From assembly GCF_006345805.1 (NCBI RefSeq), contig NC_043015.1:31620001-31684000 (forward strand): a stretch of 64,000 nt of DNA, read 5' to 3'. The notes under the pieces are model-generated. The model searched no databases. It was not told the DNA's origin and saw only the letters and a list, made by a program, of their open reading frames with translations. Source of the DNA: Octopus sinensis. Its lineage: Eukaryota. The position numbers were made by a program, and so were the translations under genes. Within the stretch, counting starts at the first letter, position 1; each line of letters opens with the position of its first letter. This document shows, in pieces, positions 1-14,177 of this stretch.

Positions 1-71
1 ATCACATAATGCATAGACACACACACATGACATGCACACATACACATGCATACACTCACACACATGCATTC

Positions 72-114
<43 letters not shown>

Positions 115-799
115 CACATACACACATACACACACATGTGTATATATATATATATGTATTTATATGTATAGGCTTATGCATGCATATATCTACATGTAAA
201 TAAATGCATGCATACATACATATGCAAGCATGCGTTTCCATCATACAGACACAGAGGCAAACATATGTATACGCATACATCCACATATATACATAGCATG
301 CATATGCTTGCATACACACAATCTTAGCTGTTCTCCATTTCAACCCCACCTCTCTCTCTCTCTCTCTCTCTTTCTTCTGCCTGTCTCTCTCTCTTTCAGC
401 CATTACTAACCCCTAAAGTGGTACAGATTTTTGGTTTTAATTTTTGCTTCTGAAGTTTAAGGAGGGCAAAATAGTACCAACAGACATTTTCAAAGGTTCT
501 TCACCCCCAACCTTACCCCAGTTTCTAGTGAATGAGAATTTGGGTGTGATTACAATGTGCATACGCTTACACACAGACACATACACATACATACACATAT
601 ACACACATATGTTTATATGTGAATGTGCATGTATGTTGCATATATGTGTATGTGTGCATGTGTTTATAATTGTATCTAGGTTTGTGCTACATTCATGAAT
701 ATTTATGCATGCATATATGCATGTGTATGAGTACATACATGCATACATACATATATTGTGGTTGTCTACTCCCTATGCAGAGTTTGACCACCTCCTGTC

Positions 800-1612
800 C
801 CTATACCTTAGAACAATCTGATGTAGCTTTTTAAACCAGACAATGTTTTAAAAAGACACCCACATAGATAGCGTATCCAATTTGACGACCAAGAGCTGCA
901 GATAAGTTCTGATCTTTGTGGATCTTAAAATGTCTTTTGAGGCCTCCGTTAGATTTGCAAACCTTCAGGCATACATTGCATTGAAAGATGTGCTCAGACA
1001 TATAGGCAGAATAGATGGTAGAGGTTCGTTTTCCATGGGTTTGCAAATCAGATTTGATCCCAGCAAAAGAAAGGCACATAAGGCCTCCACACTCATTTTC
1101 CATTTATCCCACTGTTTTGCAAGTTTTCTTGTCGCATTCCACGACGACCATCCAGCTTGATTCCTTTCTTTTTCATTTTCCTTCTCCATGTGGCTTTTGG
1201 TCTACCAACTTTTCTCTTCCCCTCAAATTGCCAAGTCAAGGCAATCATGCAACGATGACTGGGCTCCTTTCATAATTACAGGTCCAATTTAATTCTATCT
1301 TTTTCTTTTTACTTCTTGGCTTATCCTGGGGACTTGGGTTATTTAGTTGAGTTCATCCATTGATATGATGTTTGGCCAACCTATCTGCATTATTTTCTTC
1401 AGGCCTTTGTACTGAAAAGAATCTAGTTTTCTCTCATCACTATTGTTCATTTTCCAAGTTTCACAGCCATAAAGAAGTACACGTCTTACCAGCATTTTGT
1501 AAAGTTTGATTTTTGTATCCCTTCCAAACTGTTTTCATTGCCATACTTTGTCCAATTTAATAAAAGCACTTATGGCTCTATTGATTCTGCTTATCATATC
1601 TTTCTCTCCACC
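800..1612 (-). mobile_element. RTE-clade LINE 3' remnant (RT C-terminus plus C2H2-like finger)
   Basis: Minus-strand translation SRINRAISAFIKLDKVW..TKIKLYK..LLYGCETW and CNVCLKVCKSNGGLKRHFKIH; contains stops. Confidence 0.7.
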
Positions 1613-1629
1613 TTAGAATTTCAAACAAA

Positions 1630-2450
1630 TTTATTTTAATATGGGGTAGGACTGCCTTTGGCAGTAATTACAGCTTGAATTCTGCAAGGTATGGACTCAT
1701 ACAAAGTTTGAATTGTTTCCAAAGGAATTTTTGTCTATTCTTCAGTTTAAAAAGTTTCCAGTTCTTGTAGTGATGATGGTGGAGGATATCAATACCATAC
1801 TTGTTTTTCTAAAATGCACCATAAATGTTCAATAATATTGAGATCTGGGGACAGTGGTGGCCAGATAAGATGTTCCACTTCACTAGAATGTTCCTTGTGC
1901 CATTCAGTAACAACTTTAGCTGATTGACTTGGTGCATTATCATCCTGAAAGATTGTGCTTCCCTCCAGAAACAGTTCTGCAACCATAGGATGAATTTGAT
2001 CAGATAAAATGTTTAAATAGTCTTGACTATTAATTCTGCCATGAAGGGAAGCCATTGGGCTGGTGGATTTCCAAGATATAGCCCCCCCCCCCCCAGATCA
2101 TCACAGATCCTCCTCTATGTTTAACAGTTGGAAGAAGGCAGTGTGGGTCAAATGATTCTTTTGGCTGTCTCCACACGTATACTTGGCCAGTGGTCAGAAA
2201 TAAAGTAAAGGATGACTCATCTGAGAAAATAACATTCTTCCACTGCTCTAAGGACCAATATTTGTTTTTGAAAGTAGTAGTTTTCTGATTGCAGCCCTCC
2301 TGTGAAATCTGGCTTTTTGCAGCTCCCAGTGAATAGCTTTTGTGGAAACTGGGTTCTTGAGGTGGTCATTAAGCTCTGCAGTAATTTTGGGAGCTGTACT
2401 TTTGTGATTCTTTCTAACAATTTGTGTAAGAGTCTGATGGTCCCTATCTG
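1630..2450 (-). mobile_element. Tc1-family transposase pseudogene
   Basis: VIFSDES, TVKH.GGSVMIWG, FQDDNAP, WPPLSPDLNIIEHLW (DD34E); frameshifted. Confidence 0.85.
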
Positions 2451-3394
2451 AAAGGCAAATTTGGCCTTGGTGGAATTTGAACTCAGAATGTAAAGCAAGA
2501 AGAAATGCCACTGAACAACAACAGCAGCAGCAGCAACAGCCATTCAAGAATTTGGACCTGGAGATCTCCATTTCCAGCGACTTCAAGGGTCACCTCCCAG
2601 TGGTGTTGGGCGTCAGCGAAGAGCCCTTGACTACAACAAGACGACCAAAGTTTTTTTTTTCCAAGGTCTGGGGTCTCCTGCCCCTAAGCCCTAGACCATC
2701 ACCTAATCACCCTTACCTGTCTTGTTGCTTAACAACAACAACAACAACAACAGCAGCAACAGCAATGACAACAACAACAAATATAAGGTTTTATTTGCCA
2801 CACAAAATCCAGTAAATTACTTAGCAATGATGACTGGTATTTCCTCTAATTTCTTTGCTATGAGTTTGTGCAACAAATTTTCTTGTGTGTAAAATGCAAC
2901 ATCACTTAAATGCCTTATTGACCATCTACGCAAATGCATGCCCTTTTTAAAATGTATATTATTTAAGATTTTATTATGAAATTACATGATTAAATTCTTC
3001 AGCAAAAAAAAAAAAAAACCAATCAATTTCATCTTGAAAACCTTGTGTGTACACATTTCCCCCTTTATACACCTGTTGTAAAATGCATATGCCTGCACAA
3101 GCACACAGCTTAAATGGAATGATGATGATGATGATGATGGTGACAGTGTTGATGGTGATGGTGATGATGATAGTGAAGGGGAAAATATAATTTATTGATA
3201 TTGTGATGCAACACAGAGATATGGAAGGTAAGACGGGCTGAATTCCTTGATATCTCCCCACCACTACCTACCTACTTCCGACCTTCTTTGCACCCCATCC
3301 TCACCCATCAGGTTCATTCAGTTCAGCTTACTTAATGTCATTCAGTGCACTATTATTATATAATTAGTATGCCATGAACGGAAACTGGCGTTAT

Positions 3395-3760
3395 AGGAAG
3401 GTGGCGAGCTGGCAGAAACGTTAGCATGCCGGGCAAAATGCGTAGCCGTATTTCGTCTATCGTTACGTTCCAGGTTCAAATTCCGCCGAGGTCGACTTTG
3501 CCTTTCATCCTTTTGGGGGTCGATAAGGGATTATGTATATGAGCATACGTGCATGTGTGTTTGTGTTTGTCCCCCACCACTGCTTGACAAATGGTACTGG
3601 TGTGGTTACATCCCTGTAACTTAGCAGTTAAGCAAAAGAGGCTGACAGAATAAGTATCAGGCTTTAACAAAAATAAGTATTGGGGTCGATACAGTTAACT
3701 AAAATTTCAAGGCGGTGCTCCAGCATGGCTGCAGTCCAATGACTGAAGCAAGCAAAAGAC
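3395..3760 (+). mobile_element. tRNA-derived SINE head (family 1) joined to a SINE body and tail
   Basis: A/B-box-like head GGCGAGCTGGCAGAA..GGTTCAAATTCC; related copies near 8000, 15440, 28180, 28410, 33729, 46860. Confidence 0.7.
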
Positions 3761-3875
3761 AAACAAATAAAATATATACATATACAAATCATGCATAGCA
3801 GTCACTTGCAAACTTGCAAAGGAATATGAATTGGTAATATAATTCTATGCTTCTACCAATTGATTTTAGACACAA

Positions 3876-4612
3876 ACAAGGGAGCGCTGAAAAGTTCCTG
3901 GCTTTGGGTAAAAGAAAATACAGGAGGATTAGTTAATTGTGATCTGATACAACATATTCTCTTAGCAGTCTTTCAGTTTTTCTTAGCCCTGTAAAAGAAC
4001 TTGGGTTGTCTGGAAAGTTTGTGCCAATTTTTAAAGGAAAGAAAAAGGTCAATAAATACTTGCCATTACATTTTTAATCAACCAAATATGAACCATTTTG
4101 TTGCACAATGCATCTCCATCTTTCCTTTAACTTGAAAATACTATCTTCCCAGAATTGAGCTGGTTTCATGGCAAAGAATTCATCAAGGTATCATTTTACG
4201 TCATCCAAAGAATTGAAATTTTTACCATTAAGACTATTCTGCAGAGACCTGAATAAGTGGAAATCCGGAGAAGCAATATCTGGTGAATATGGAGGGTGGG
4301 GTAACACATCCCAGCTGAGCTGCGGCAATTTTTGTCTGGTTCCCAAAGCATCAAGTACAGAATTAACACAGGTTATAGGAACATAAACCTTCTTCCACGA
4401 ACAGATAGCTTAAACTGTGCTCTAAATGGAGGTGTAGTCAAATCCTATTTTATGGACTCAACCATGTTCTAAAATAAGTCAAAAGGTAAGCTACTATAAA
4501 TCGGCACGAACTTTCCGGACAACCCAATACTTGGAAGGTTGGGCTTCCAACCAGGCTTTTCGTGAGACCCTTAAACCCCTTAAACCCAGGAATTTTTCAG
4601 TGCTCACTCATA
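3876..4612. mobile_element. Nested non-autonomous mariner elements (inner element 4001-4529)
   Basis: Inner TIRs ttgggttgtctggaaagttt / aactttccggacaacccaa, encoding PHPPYSPDIASPDFHLFRSL on the minus strand; outer TIRs gagcgctgaaaagttcctgg / ccaggaatttttcagtgctc. Confidence 0.75.
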
Positions 4613-5455
4613 TGTAGTCACAAGCAGAGTTGAGACACAGGCATCCACTTGACTGGCATCTACTCTTGACCTAGGAGAGCATCAAGGATGTGACAGCTGA
4701 AAGGCAGGATGGGGGGCAGGGAGAGCAGCCAGGTGATTCTCATTTACAGCTGAGTAGACTGGAGTAATGTGAAATGAAGAGCCTTGCCCAAGGGCACACT
4801 GCATTGCTCAGGCAGCAACTGAACTCACAACCTTATGAATGTAATATCAACACCTGTAACCATTTAATAATGCATCTTTACTCCAATAATCACACACATA
4901 CACAACTTTTACTCATACAGCACCTCTCTACATATGCACTCTCACTCATATATAACAATTATACACACACACACATACATGCAAAATCTCCACACATGTA
5001 TGCATTACACATACATAATATGATATGTTTTATTATAAAGCAATATTGTGTTGTATATGTAGTTTGTATGGAGAAATCGGTGATAAGAGGATATATAGGT
5101 AAAACTGGAATCTTCTATGAGGAATCTTATACATTGAATAGGTGTATGTCTATACAAAGACACTCACTCACACATACACACACAAAAATACATACACACA
5201 CACAAACTTTTACTCATGCAGCACCTCTTCACACACACACTTTTGCCGAAACACCACCTTTCTTTCTTCAAATATACACACTTATACACACATACACACA
5301 CAAACTTTTGTTCATAGAGCACTTCTCCAAACATACACTTCCTTATACACAACCCTTATAAACACAGATACACACACATTCATTCATATATAATCACTAT
5401 ACATACATGAACACACACATATCTGCTCACATACACACAATACCTACTTATGCAT

Positions 5456-5490
<35 letters not shown>

Positions 5491-5684
5491 TGTGCACACA
5501 ATCACATACAGAGCTATGTTGACCCAGTTCATAAACTGTAAACTTCCAGCAGTGTAACTCTAAATGTCATACTCTATTTCTATCACTGCTATTCCTCAGC
5601 TATAAATAAACTGTCTAGTTGACACTTTCACTTCCTTCCACACTTTCATGTTTATCATTTTGACAAAATAATGAATACACTGGC

Positions 5685-6412
5685 AACTATGCTGTTGTTA
5701 CACTGTTAACTACAGTTGTTACACTGTCAATTATACAGTTATTGTACATTATACTGTTGCAACACTTCCAGCTCCTAAATTGTCAAACTGTCAAATACAT
5801 AGTTGTTACACTGTCACCAGTATTATATTGTACAGTTGTTACAGTGCAACACTGTTACACTGTCAAACTGCCAACGGTACAATTGTTACACTGTCAACTT
5901 CAGAATTGTCAACTACACAGTTATTATGCCGTCAATTCCATAAATGTCAAACTGTCAACTGCACAGTTATTTCACTGTCAATGCCCATATTGTCAGACTG
6001 TCAATGATACAGTTGTTACACTGTCAACTCCATAATTGTCAACCTGTCAACTACACAGTTATTACACCATCAATTCCATAAATGTCAAACTGTCAACTGC
6101 ACAGTTATTTCACTACCAATGCCCATATTGTCAGACTGTCAATGATACAGTTGTTACATTGTCAACTTCAAAATTGCCAAACTATCAACACAGTTATTAC
6201 ACTGTCAACTGCATTGTTACACTACCAACTGCACTGTTATTACACTCTCATTTACAGTTATTACACTACCACTGCACCATTGCTATACTGTCAATTGTAC
6301 AGTTATTTCATTGTCAATTACACAGGTGTTACATTGTCAGCTACACAGGTGTTACACTACCAGGTACCCAGTTGCTGTACCGTCAACTACACTATTGTTA
6401 TTTTGTCAACTA
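5685..6412. repeat. Degenerate minisatellite of about 21-bp units (acagttgttacactgtcaact)
   Basis: Repeated ctgtcaact/acagttgttaca cores, with an internal duplication of about 135 bp. Confidence 0.8.
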
Positions 6413-7124
6413 TAAAATTTTATACAAGCATATATTTTTAATTGAATTATTTAGGAATAAGTTTTGGAAATTTATGTAGTTATGAAGTTTAATTTGGCAT
6501 CTTGTAAAGGCAAAAATAACGTTTGGAATTATCAAAAATCATTAATTCTATGTTACAGTTGCAGAATTGCTTTTGTACAGAACTGATAAGTTATGGTTTC
6601 TTAGAGCAACAACCTGGCTACCTTAAAATAAACATAAAGCACAAGCTTAAATATGCAGGAAGGGACAAATGAGTTTTTAAAACTGGATGTTGTAAACTGC
6701 AATTCATGACAGGTTTAATTCACTTTAGTATTCAAAACATGTTTTAGTTGTACATGTTGATTATAGTTGCTATTTTACTCTGCTGGTTTCTATTAAGAAA
6801 ATGAAACTTAATGCAGAGTTATGGTAAACTTTATATACAAGCCGACATAGTTTTGTTTATCTAATTAATTACGAAAAATGAAGACTGAGTGTTTATTTAT
6901 AATTAACCAGAAATATATCTGTTCTGTTTGATATTTTTGCCGCTTAATATATAATTATATAACCTTTTTTTTTTTAATATTTTTTCTCAATTTCATATCT
7001 AAAATATTATACTGGTCTTATTCAAAAGTATCTGAAATTATAGTAATCTACAAATGAAACATTTCGTACTGAACCCTCTCAAAACAATTATAACAAAACA
7101 GTCTTGTATATAATTTCCAATAGT

Positions 7125-7490
7125 AACTCACATGGTTCCGGGTTCAGTCCCACTGCATGTCACTTTGGGCAAGTGTCTTCTACTATAGCCTCGGGCCGAC
7201 CAAAGCCTTGTGAGTGGATTTGGTAGACGGAAACTGAAAAGAAGCCTGTCGTATATATGTATATATATATATATGCGTGTGTGTGTTTGTGTGTCTGTGT
7301 TTGTCCCCTAGCATTGCTTGACAACTGATGCTGGTGTGTTTATGTCCCCGTTACTTAGCGGTTCGGCAAAAGAGACCGATAGAATAAGTACTGGGCTTAC
7401 AAAAGAATAAGTCCTGGGGTCGAGTTGCTTGATTAAAGGTGGTGCTCCAGCATGGCCACAGTCAAATGACTGAAACAAGTAAAAGAGTGA
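7125..7490 (+). mobile_element. tRNA-derived SINE (family 2); other copies at 10115-10445 (+) and 27330-27595 (-)
   Basis: B-box GGTTCAGTCCC, shared body gcaagtgtcttctactatagcc, internal microsatellite, 3' tail ggtgctccagcatggcc. Confidence 0.75.
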
Positions 7491-8234
7491 AAGAGTATAT
7501 ACTCCGTAAGATATACAAATTCTTGCATCATACTTGAATTCACTAGTCAACTGATTATTCAACTGAATATTCCTACCCATTCCAGCATGGAGAATGGACG
7601 GTAAATGATGATGATAATGGTGATGAATATTCACACAACTTAAACCGTGTTACTTGTACATTGTAGTAACCCTATGACTAAAATAACATAAGGCACTCTC
7701 AGTGTGATCGTTGTTAGTCTTATATATCAACATTGTATAAGAAAAACAAACTGTACAAGACACAGGGAGGGACTTATTCAAATATATTAACTAGTACTTT
7801 ATTTTATCAGCTTTGAAAGGCTGAAAGGCAAAGTTGGCCAAGGCGTTATTAGAACTCGGTACATAAAGAGCCAGAATAAATACCACAAAACTTTTCCTCT
7901 GATGCCCTTATGATTCTGTCTACTCATTACCTCTCTTTTACTCTTTTACTTGTTTCGGTCATTTCACTGCGGCCAGGTAAAATGCTTAGTCAATATTTTG
8001 TCCATCTTTACATTCTGAGTTCAAACTCTGTCAAGGTCAACTTTACCTTTCATCTTTTCAGGGTCGATAAAATAAGTACCAGTTATGCACTGAGGTCAAT
8101 GTAATTGATTTATCCCTCCCCCAAACTAGCTGACCTTGTGCCAAAATTTGTAACCAATACTTTATTTCAATTATTTAAGACAAAAGAATCTACCAGTAAC
8201 TCTTATTAAGTATTCATCATCCTCATTATCCTCA

Positions 8235-8505
8235 TCATCGTTTAACGTCTGCTTTCCATGCTGGCATGGGTTGGACGGCTTGACTGAGGACTGGCAAGCC
8301 AGGTGGCTGCACCAGGCTCCAATCTGATCTGGCAAGATTTCTACAGCTGGATGCCCTTCCCAATACCAACCACTCTGAGAGTGTAATCAGTACCTTTTGC
8401 ATGCCACTGCCATGGGAGCCAGTCAGGGGTCACTGGCATCGACCACATTCGGATGGTGCTTTTTACATGCCACCAGCATAGGAGCCAATCAGGGGTCACT
8501 GGTAT
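8235..8505. mobile_element. Abundant interspersed repeat (SINE/LINE-tail family 3) with a (CAT)n end; copies at about 16090, 22140, 25925, 35380, 36345, 41085, 43680, 44360, 44660, 57755, 60270
   Basis: Shared tttaacgtc..ttccatgctagcatgggttggacgg..ctacagctggatgcccttcc. Confidence 0.8.
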
Positions 8506-9032
8506 TGAGAATAATGTACTGAGTACAAAAAAGTACATTATTGACTAAGAATAATAATGTGAATCGCTTCAATGAGAACCTTGTGCCTGGTGACTACAGC
8601 ACCACACCCTACCATAATTTTCCCTGGTTCCACCAATGGAGCGTATGTTCCATCTTGGGAATCACTGTTCTAATGATTTTCCAATCTACTTTCCTCAATA
8701 ACTGCTTCTAACATAGGCACCAAGTCACAAATTTTGAGCGAGTGGTTAGCTTATTAAAAGCCGTCCTTAGTACACCACTAATACTTTGTTGTATCCACCC
8801 TAGAATAATGAAAAGCAAGTTTCGGCTTTGTGGGAGTCAGACTCAGAAGGGAGAAGGGCCAGAATAAATACAGCAAAGCATTCGTTCAATGCTAAATAAT
8901 AAGTTATGGTGTCCTTGAAGTTTCCTTATTTTTCTTATGAAAAAAAAGAAAAACACTTCTTAATTTCCTGAGGAAAACGTTGAGTATATGAATGGGTTAC
9001 AACAATAACATCACTATACTTCAATACTTGCT

Positions 9033-9065
<33 letters not shown>

Positions 9066-9318
9066 GTTGTGGTGGTGGTACTGGTGAATGTGTTACATTT
9101 TATGAATGTACTGGTGGAGGTAATAGAGTTAATAGCGGCAGTGGGGGTTGTGGTGGTGGTGATGGTGTATGTTGATACTAGACACAGATGTTGGGTGATG
9201 TATCAGTGAAACATCAACAGAATCCTTACTTCATATACATCAAGAAAAATATTTGTTCAGTTTTCTTCTCCAGAGGCGGCCATATTCTGTCAGTCTCTTT
9301 TTCTATCAATCTGTCTGT

Positions 9319-9375
<57 letters not shown>

Positions 9376-9560
9376 AAAGTAAATAAATGGCACATTTATA
9401 TATATATATATATATGCATACACACATACATATCATCTACACATTACATACATACATTGTGAGCGTGTATACACACACATATATATAGATAGATATAGAT
9501 ACATATACGTAAATGTGCTTATACATGCTTATCCATGTGTGTATATATATATATATATGC

Positions 9561-9615
<55 letters not shown>

Positions 9616-11040
9616 ATATATATGTATACATATACACACACATATGGATAAGTATGTGTTTGTGTTTATGTATATATAGATAGATATACATAGACACAAA
9701 CACAGATCCTAACCAACCAGCCCAACTAATCAACCCTGGTGGCCACTTAACAATATGACTCAACCTCATTAGACCTGATGATTGTGTGAAAGGATCTGCA
9801 AGTCAGTATTAACAGGGCATTCTCCCACAATTCTTCTCAACATATGGGTCTAATAGAGGAGAGAGAGTCAATATTTATCTAGCTGATAGAAAAACATCTT
9901 CCGCCATGAACCATTAACCAAAAACTCAACCTTAATTATTAAGAGAAGGAAGGGTTTAATATTTCAATGTTCACTCCTTATCCAAGAGGTATTACTGAAG
10001 ATAGGATTGGACATAGTCAAACGAAATGACCTATACAGTTTGATGACAAGCCTTTACTTTGCAAGTACAAATCCCATTAAATTTGGCTTTGCTTTTTCAT
10101 CTATAAATTAGATCGTAGGTACAGGCACGGCTGTGTGGTTAAGAAGTTTGCTTTCAAAACCATGTGATCTTGGGTTCAGTCTCACTGCATGGCACCTTTG
10201 GCAAGTGTCTTCTACTATAGCCCTGGGCTGACCAATGCTTTGTGAGTGGATTTGGAAAACGGAAACTAAAAGAAGCTTGTTGTAGTTACTTTGTGTGTGT
10301 GTGTGTGTGTATTTGCATCTGTCCCACAATTACTTGATAACCAGTATTGGTTTGTTTACATCCCCATAAGTTAGCGATTCAGCAAATGCGATTGATAGAA
10401 AAAGAACTGGGGTTGATTTGTTCAACTAAAACTCTTCAAGGCAGGGCCCATACCTTCACGGAGGTACATACCAACCTCAATACCCTCTGGAAGAAGATGA
10501 GCTGTGAACTTTATTCTCCTGTCTATATTCTTCCATCTACTGTTTTATTCCTTTATAAACTGTGAATTTCCCAGTCTGGAACTTTCATACATACTCACCT
10601 TTGTTTTTGATGACGAAATACCCAGTGTACAAACATGCTAGCCTATCACTTGGGATATTCCAGAAACAGCTGTAAAGCTTCAAATTCACCTTATCCTAAT
10701 TAAATATTCTAAACGACTTGAGATACCTGTCCTGCCTCGGTTTTTATCGTCCTTTTCCCTCTAATATAACACATACCTGCTGACTCAGAAGCCTAATATG
10801 GATCCCTAGCTCCAGCCTCAGCTGTGAACTTGGAACCTAACGGATGACCAAGCGTACCTATTCATTTAGATCATCAGTGAACCAAGCCCCTTTTATTCTT
10901 TATATATATATAAGTGTATATATATGAAAGATACAGATAAGGAAATAATTTATTCTAAATAGCATTTATATACTTAGTTCAAATTTACAGAAAACAAAAA
11001 AATGAAGACAGGTGAAGGAACAAAAAGCAGGTGTATTAGG

Positions 11041-11087
<47 letters not shown>

Positions 11088-12119
11088 TATACATATATAT
11101 ATAAGTTTAAACTTAAATCACGATAAATGTAAACAAAGTTTGCTTTTAGAAGCACCGAGATATATTGAAAGATACTGATAAGGAAATAATTTATTCTCAA
11201 ATGCAGAATAATGCTGATAGAACAGCAGGAACAGGATAAAATATCATATTTTGTGGAAAAATTTGTTAGCAGCCAAAGTTTGCGTTTAGAAGCACTGAGA
11301 TGTATTGAAAGACACAGATAAAGATACATCTCAGTACTCCTAAAAGCAAACTTTGTTTACATTTGTCATAATTTGAATTTGACATCAGTGTCTTATAAAG
11401 CTAGATTTATAAGTTCAAAAATTGCAGATTAATTTGTCAGTGAGCAGTTTAGCTTAATGGTAAAGCACTTGACTGGTAATCACAGGAATGTGAGTTTGAG
11501 TCTCATGGCTGTCTGCCAACAAAATTTTTCCACAAAATATGGATATTCTATCCTGTTCCTGATGTTCTATCAGCATTATTCTGCATTTGGGAATAAATGC
11601 AGTTTATACTTATATATATATGTGTGTGTGTGACCCTCCTGTCTGAGTCAGATGCCATGATAGATCATTAGCCACTACACACATTTTTTTCTCTCCTTGT
11701 TTTTTTTGTGTCCCTTTCTGTAGAAGAGCGTAGGCTCAAAACGTTAAAGACTTTTTCTATTCATGAGCGTTATACTAATACATCTCTTTGTTTTGTACAC
11801 CACCTGTCTTCGTCTTTTATTTTTTCCGTAAACTCTCCCTATATATATAACCTAATACACCTGCTTCTTGTTCCTTCACCTGTCTTCATTTTTTTGTTTT
11901 CTGTAAATTTGAACTATGTATATATATATATGCATACATTAATATATACATAGATTTAAACAGAAATGAAGAGGCAAATGGTTTGGCAAGACTTAACATT
12001 TAATTTAGCTACATAATAAAAAGGTGCAAACAGTTTCTAACAGCTGTTTCTAGAATATCCCAGCTATTGGAACATCATGTCAAGTGAGGATTCCATAGGC
12101 TGAGTATCCAGTCATCATA

Positions 12120-13300
12120 GTGCAATGGGTGTGAAAGATGATCTTTTTAACTGGTTGGAGTCCTTCATTCTCCGTCAAAAAGAGGTAGACACAGTTCTAG
12201 GACAGCATTCATCACCCTATGAGACATCATCTGGTGTACTGCAGGGATCTGTTCTTGGTCCCCTTTTGTTTGTTGCATGCATTAATGACGTAGATGCCAA
12301 CTTAAAGAATACCACAATGCTGAAATATGCAGAAGACATCAAGCTGTACCTTGAGATGAAAAGGACAGATCCTGAACACTACTGATCTTTCCTGAAATTG
12401 GACCTGGACACAATGCAACAATGGATCACAGACTGGCAACTCAAGCTGGATGTGGACAAGTGTACCACCATGCATTCTGGGAGGAAAAAGCCAGCTTCCA
12501 CACATTCTCTCTACAACACTAATATCAAGAAGTCTTCTTGTGAATGTAACCTGGGCATTACTGGTAGCAGCAATTTGTGCTGGACAAAGCACATCTCTAA
12601 AATTATCAAGAAGGCCGAGGGTGTCTTGGCTTCACTCAGCAAGGCCTTTGTCGGCTGTTCTCCAGCTATCTGTGTATGGTTGTATATGGCTATGGTGCGG
12701 CCACACTTGGAATTTGCTTCACCAGTTTGGAACCCCTATCTTGCTTAGAACATTCACCTCCTGGAAACTGTTCAGAGACGTACAACAAAGAGAATACTCT
12801 CCATCAGGCATCTACCATGCTCTGAATGCCTTGCTTCCCTGGGCATAGATACACTGAAGCTCTGACATTTGGTAACTGACTTAGTAACACCCACAAAATT
12901 ATTAACCATTACACCAACAACCACTTTGAGCTCCATGTGTCTAACACATGTAGGCATACCTACAAAGTCAGAAAACAGCACAGCTCCCATGACTTTCGGA
13001 AACATTTTTTCACACTCAGAGTTGCTGAAGCGTGAAACAAACTACGTGCATCAGTTGTTAGTTGCTGAGACATTGCATCCTTTAAAACTTCCATGCTTCT
13101 TGAAATTCACCAACACTACACCTGATATCCCCCTTCCCCTGCATACGCAAGCACACATGTATATCACGACTCACATGCTGTTCATTTTCCTGACTTTTGT
13201 ACATAAGTCTATGTACTGTACATGCAGTTCTGATGAGTTGTAGTGCACCTGAGCACTATACACAATAATTTCATCATTGTCATCATCATTATTATTATTA
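12120..13300 (+). mobile_element. CR1/L2-group LINE 3' fragment (degenerate RT)
   Basis: SGVLQGSVLGPLLF, KYAEDIKLY, RPHLEFASPVWNPY; stops; (ATT)n tail. Confidence 0.85.
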
Positions 13301-13359
13301 TTATTTTTTTATTATGATTATTATGTGAGTGTTTGTGAAATTACTAGAAAAATACTAAC

Positions 13360-13365
13360 TTTATT
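13360..13365 (-). promoter_or_regulatory. Putative polyadenylation signal of PRCP-A (AATAAA)
   Basis: AATAAA about 80 nt after the stop; the homologous site in B is AGTAAA (56737-56742). Confidence 0.45.
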
Positions 13366-13443
13366 GGTAAAAAATCTTACAATGAATTATTGAAATTGAA
13401 AAATGTCTATATTTCAAAACAAAATGTCCACATATTTTAGGAT

Positions 13444-13636
13444 TTATTTTGACTTCAGCCATTTTCTTATGTGCATCTGCTCGATATTCCTTGCCTCTGT
13501 TACAGATGGTGGGTCATCGACATTCTTGAATCTCAGATCCAAATGGTGTGCTCCTTCAGGAATGATGACAGATATTAGGGTGTCAGAAATATTTTTAAGG
13601 ACTCCAAAGGCTGACCAAGGATCAAGCAATCCATTG
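13444..13636 (-). CDS. PRCP: PRCP-A exon 9 (catalytic Asp and His; stop)
   Basis: ttccag acceptor; [20 protein letters not shown] at 13446-13444. Confidence 0.95.
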
Positions 13637-14016
13637 CTGGAATGAAATTGATTAAGAAGAAATATTTGAAAACATGGCAAACCAATAAATAAAGTTGAGG
13701 GAAGGAATTAAGGTTAGTTGGGACCACAGAAGATGGATACTTAGATTTTGTGGCGGGAGCTAAAGATGGTAGTAATGAAAACCAAGGATTCCATGTGCCA
13801 ACAATGGAATCACCACATAGTTGCTGACCTGCTATATTACATATATATATATATATATTATATATATATATACATATATATATACATATATATATACATA
13901 TATATATACATACACATATACACATACACACACACATATACACATATATATACATACACACATATACATACACACATATACATACACACATATACATACA
14001 CACATATATATACACA

Positions 14017-14068
<52 letters not shown>

Positions 14069-14131
14069 CTTGGAAATGGATGTGTAGCGTTCAATTAAAT
14101 AATAATATAAAAAATATATATATGCATATAC

Positions 14132-14177
<46 letters not shown>

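Noticed and set aside
9-748. His/Thr/Ile/Tyr/Val/Cys-rich ORFs here and throughout (for example 13575-14236, 34279-34773, 56972-57407, 60798-61516)
   Set aside because: Translations of (TA)n/(CA)n microsatellites
831-1103. C2H2 zinc-finger host gene
   Set aside because: Single finger at the 3' end of a decayed RTE ORF2, with no exon structure
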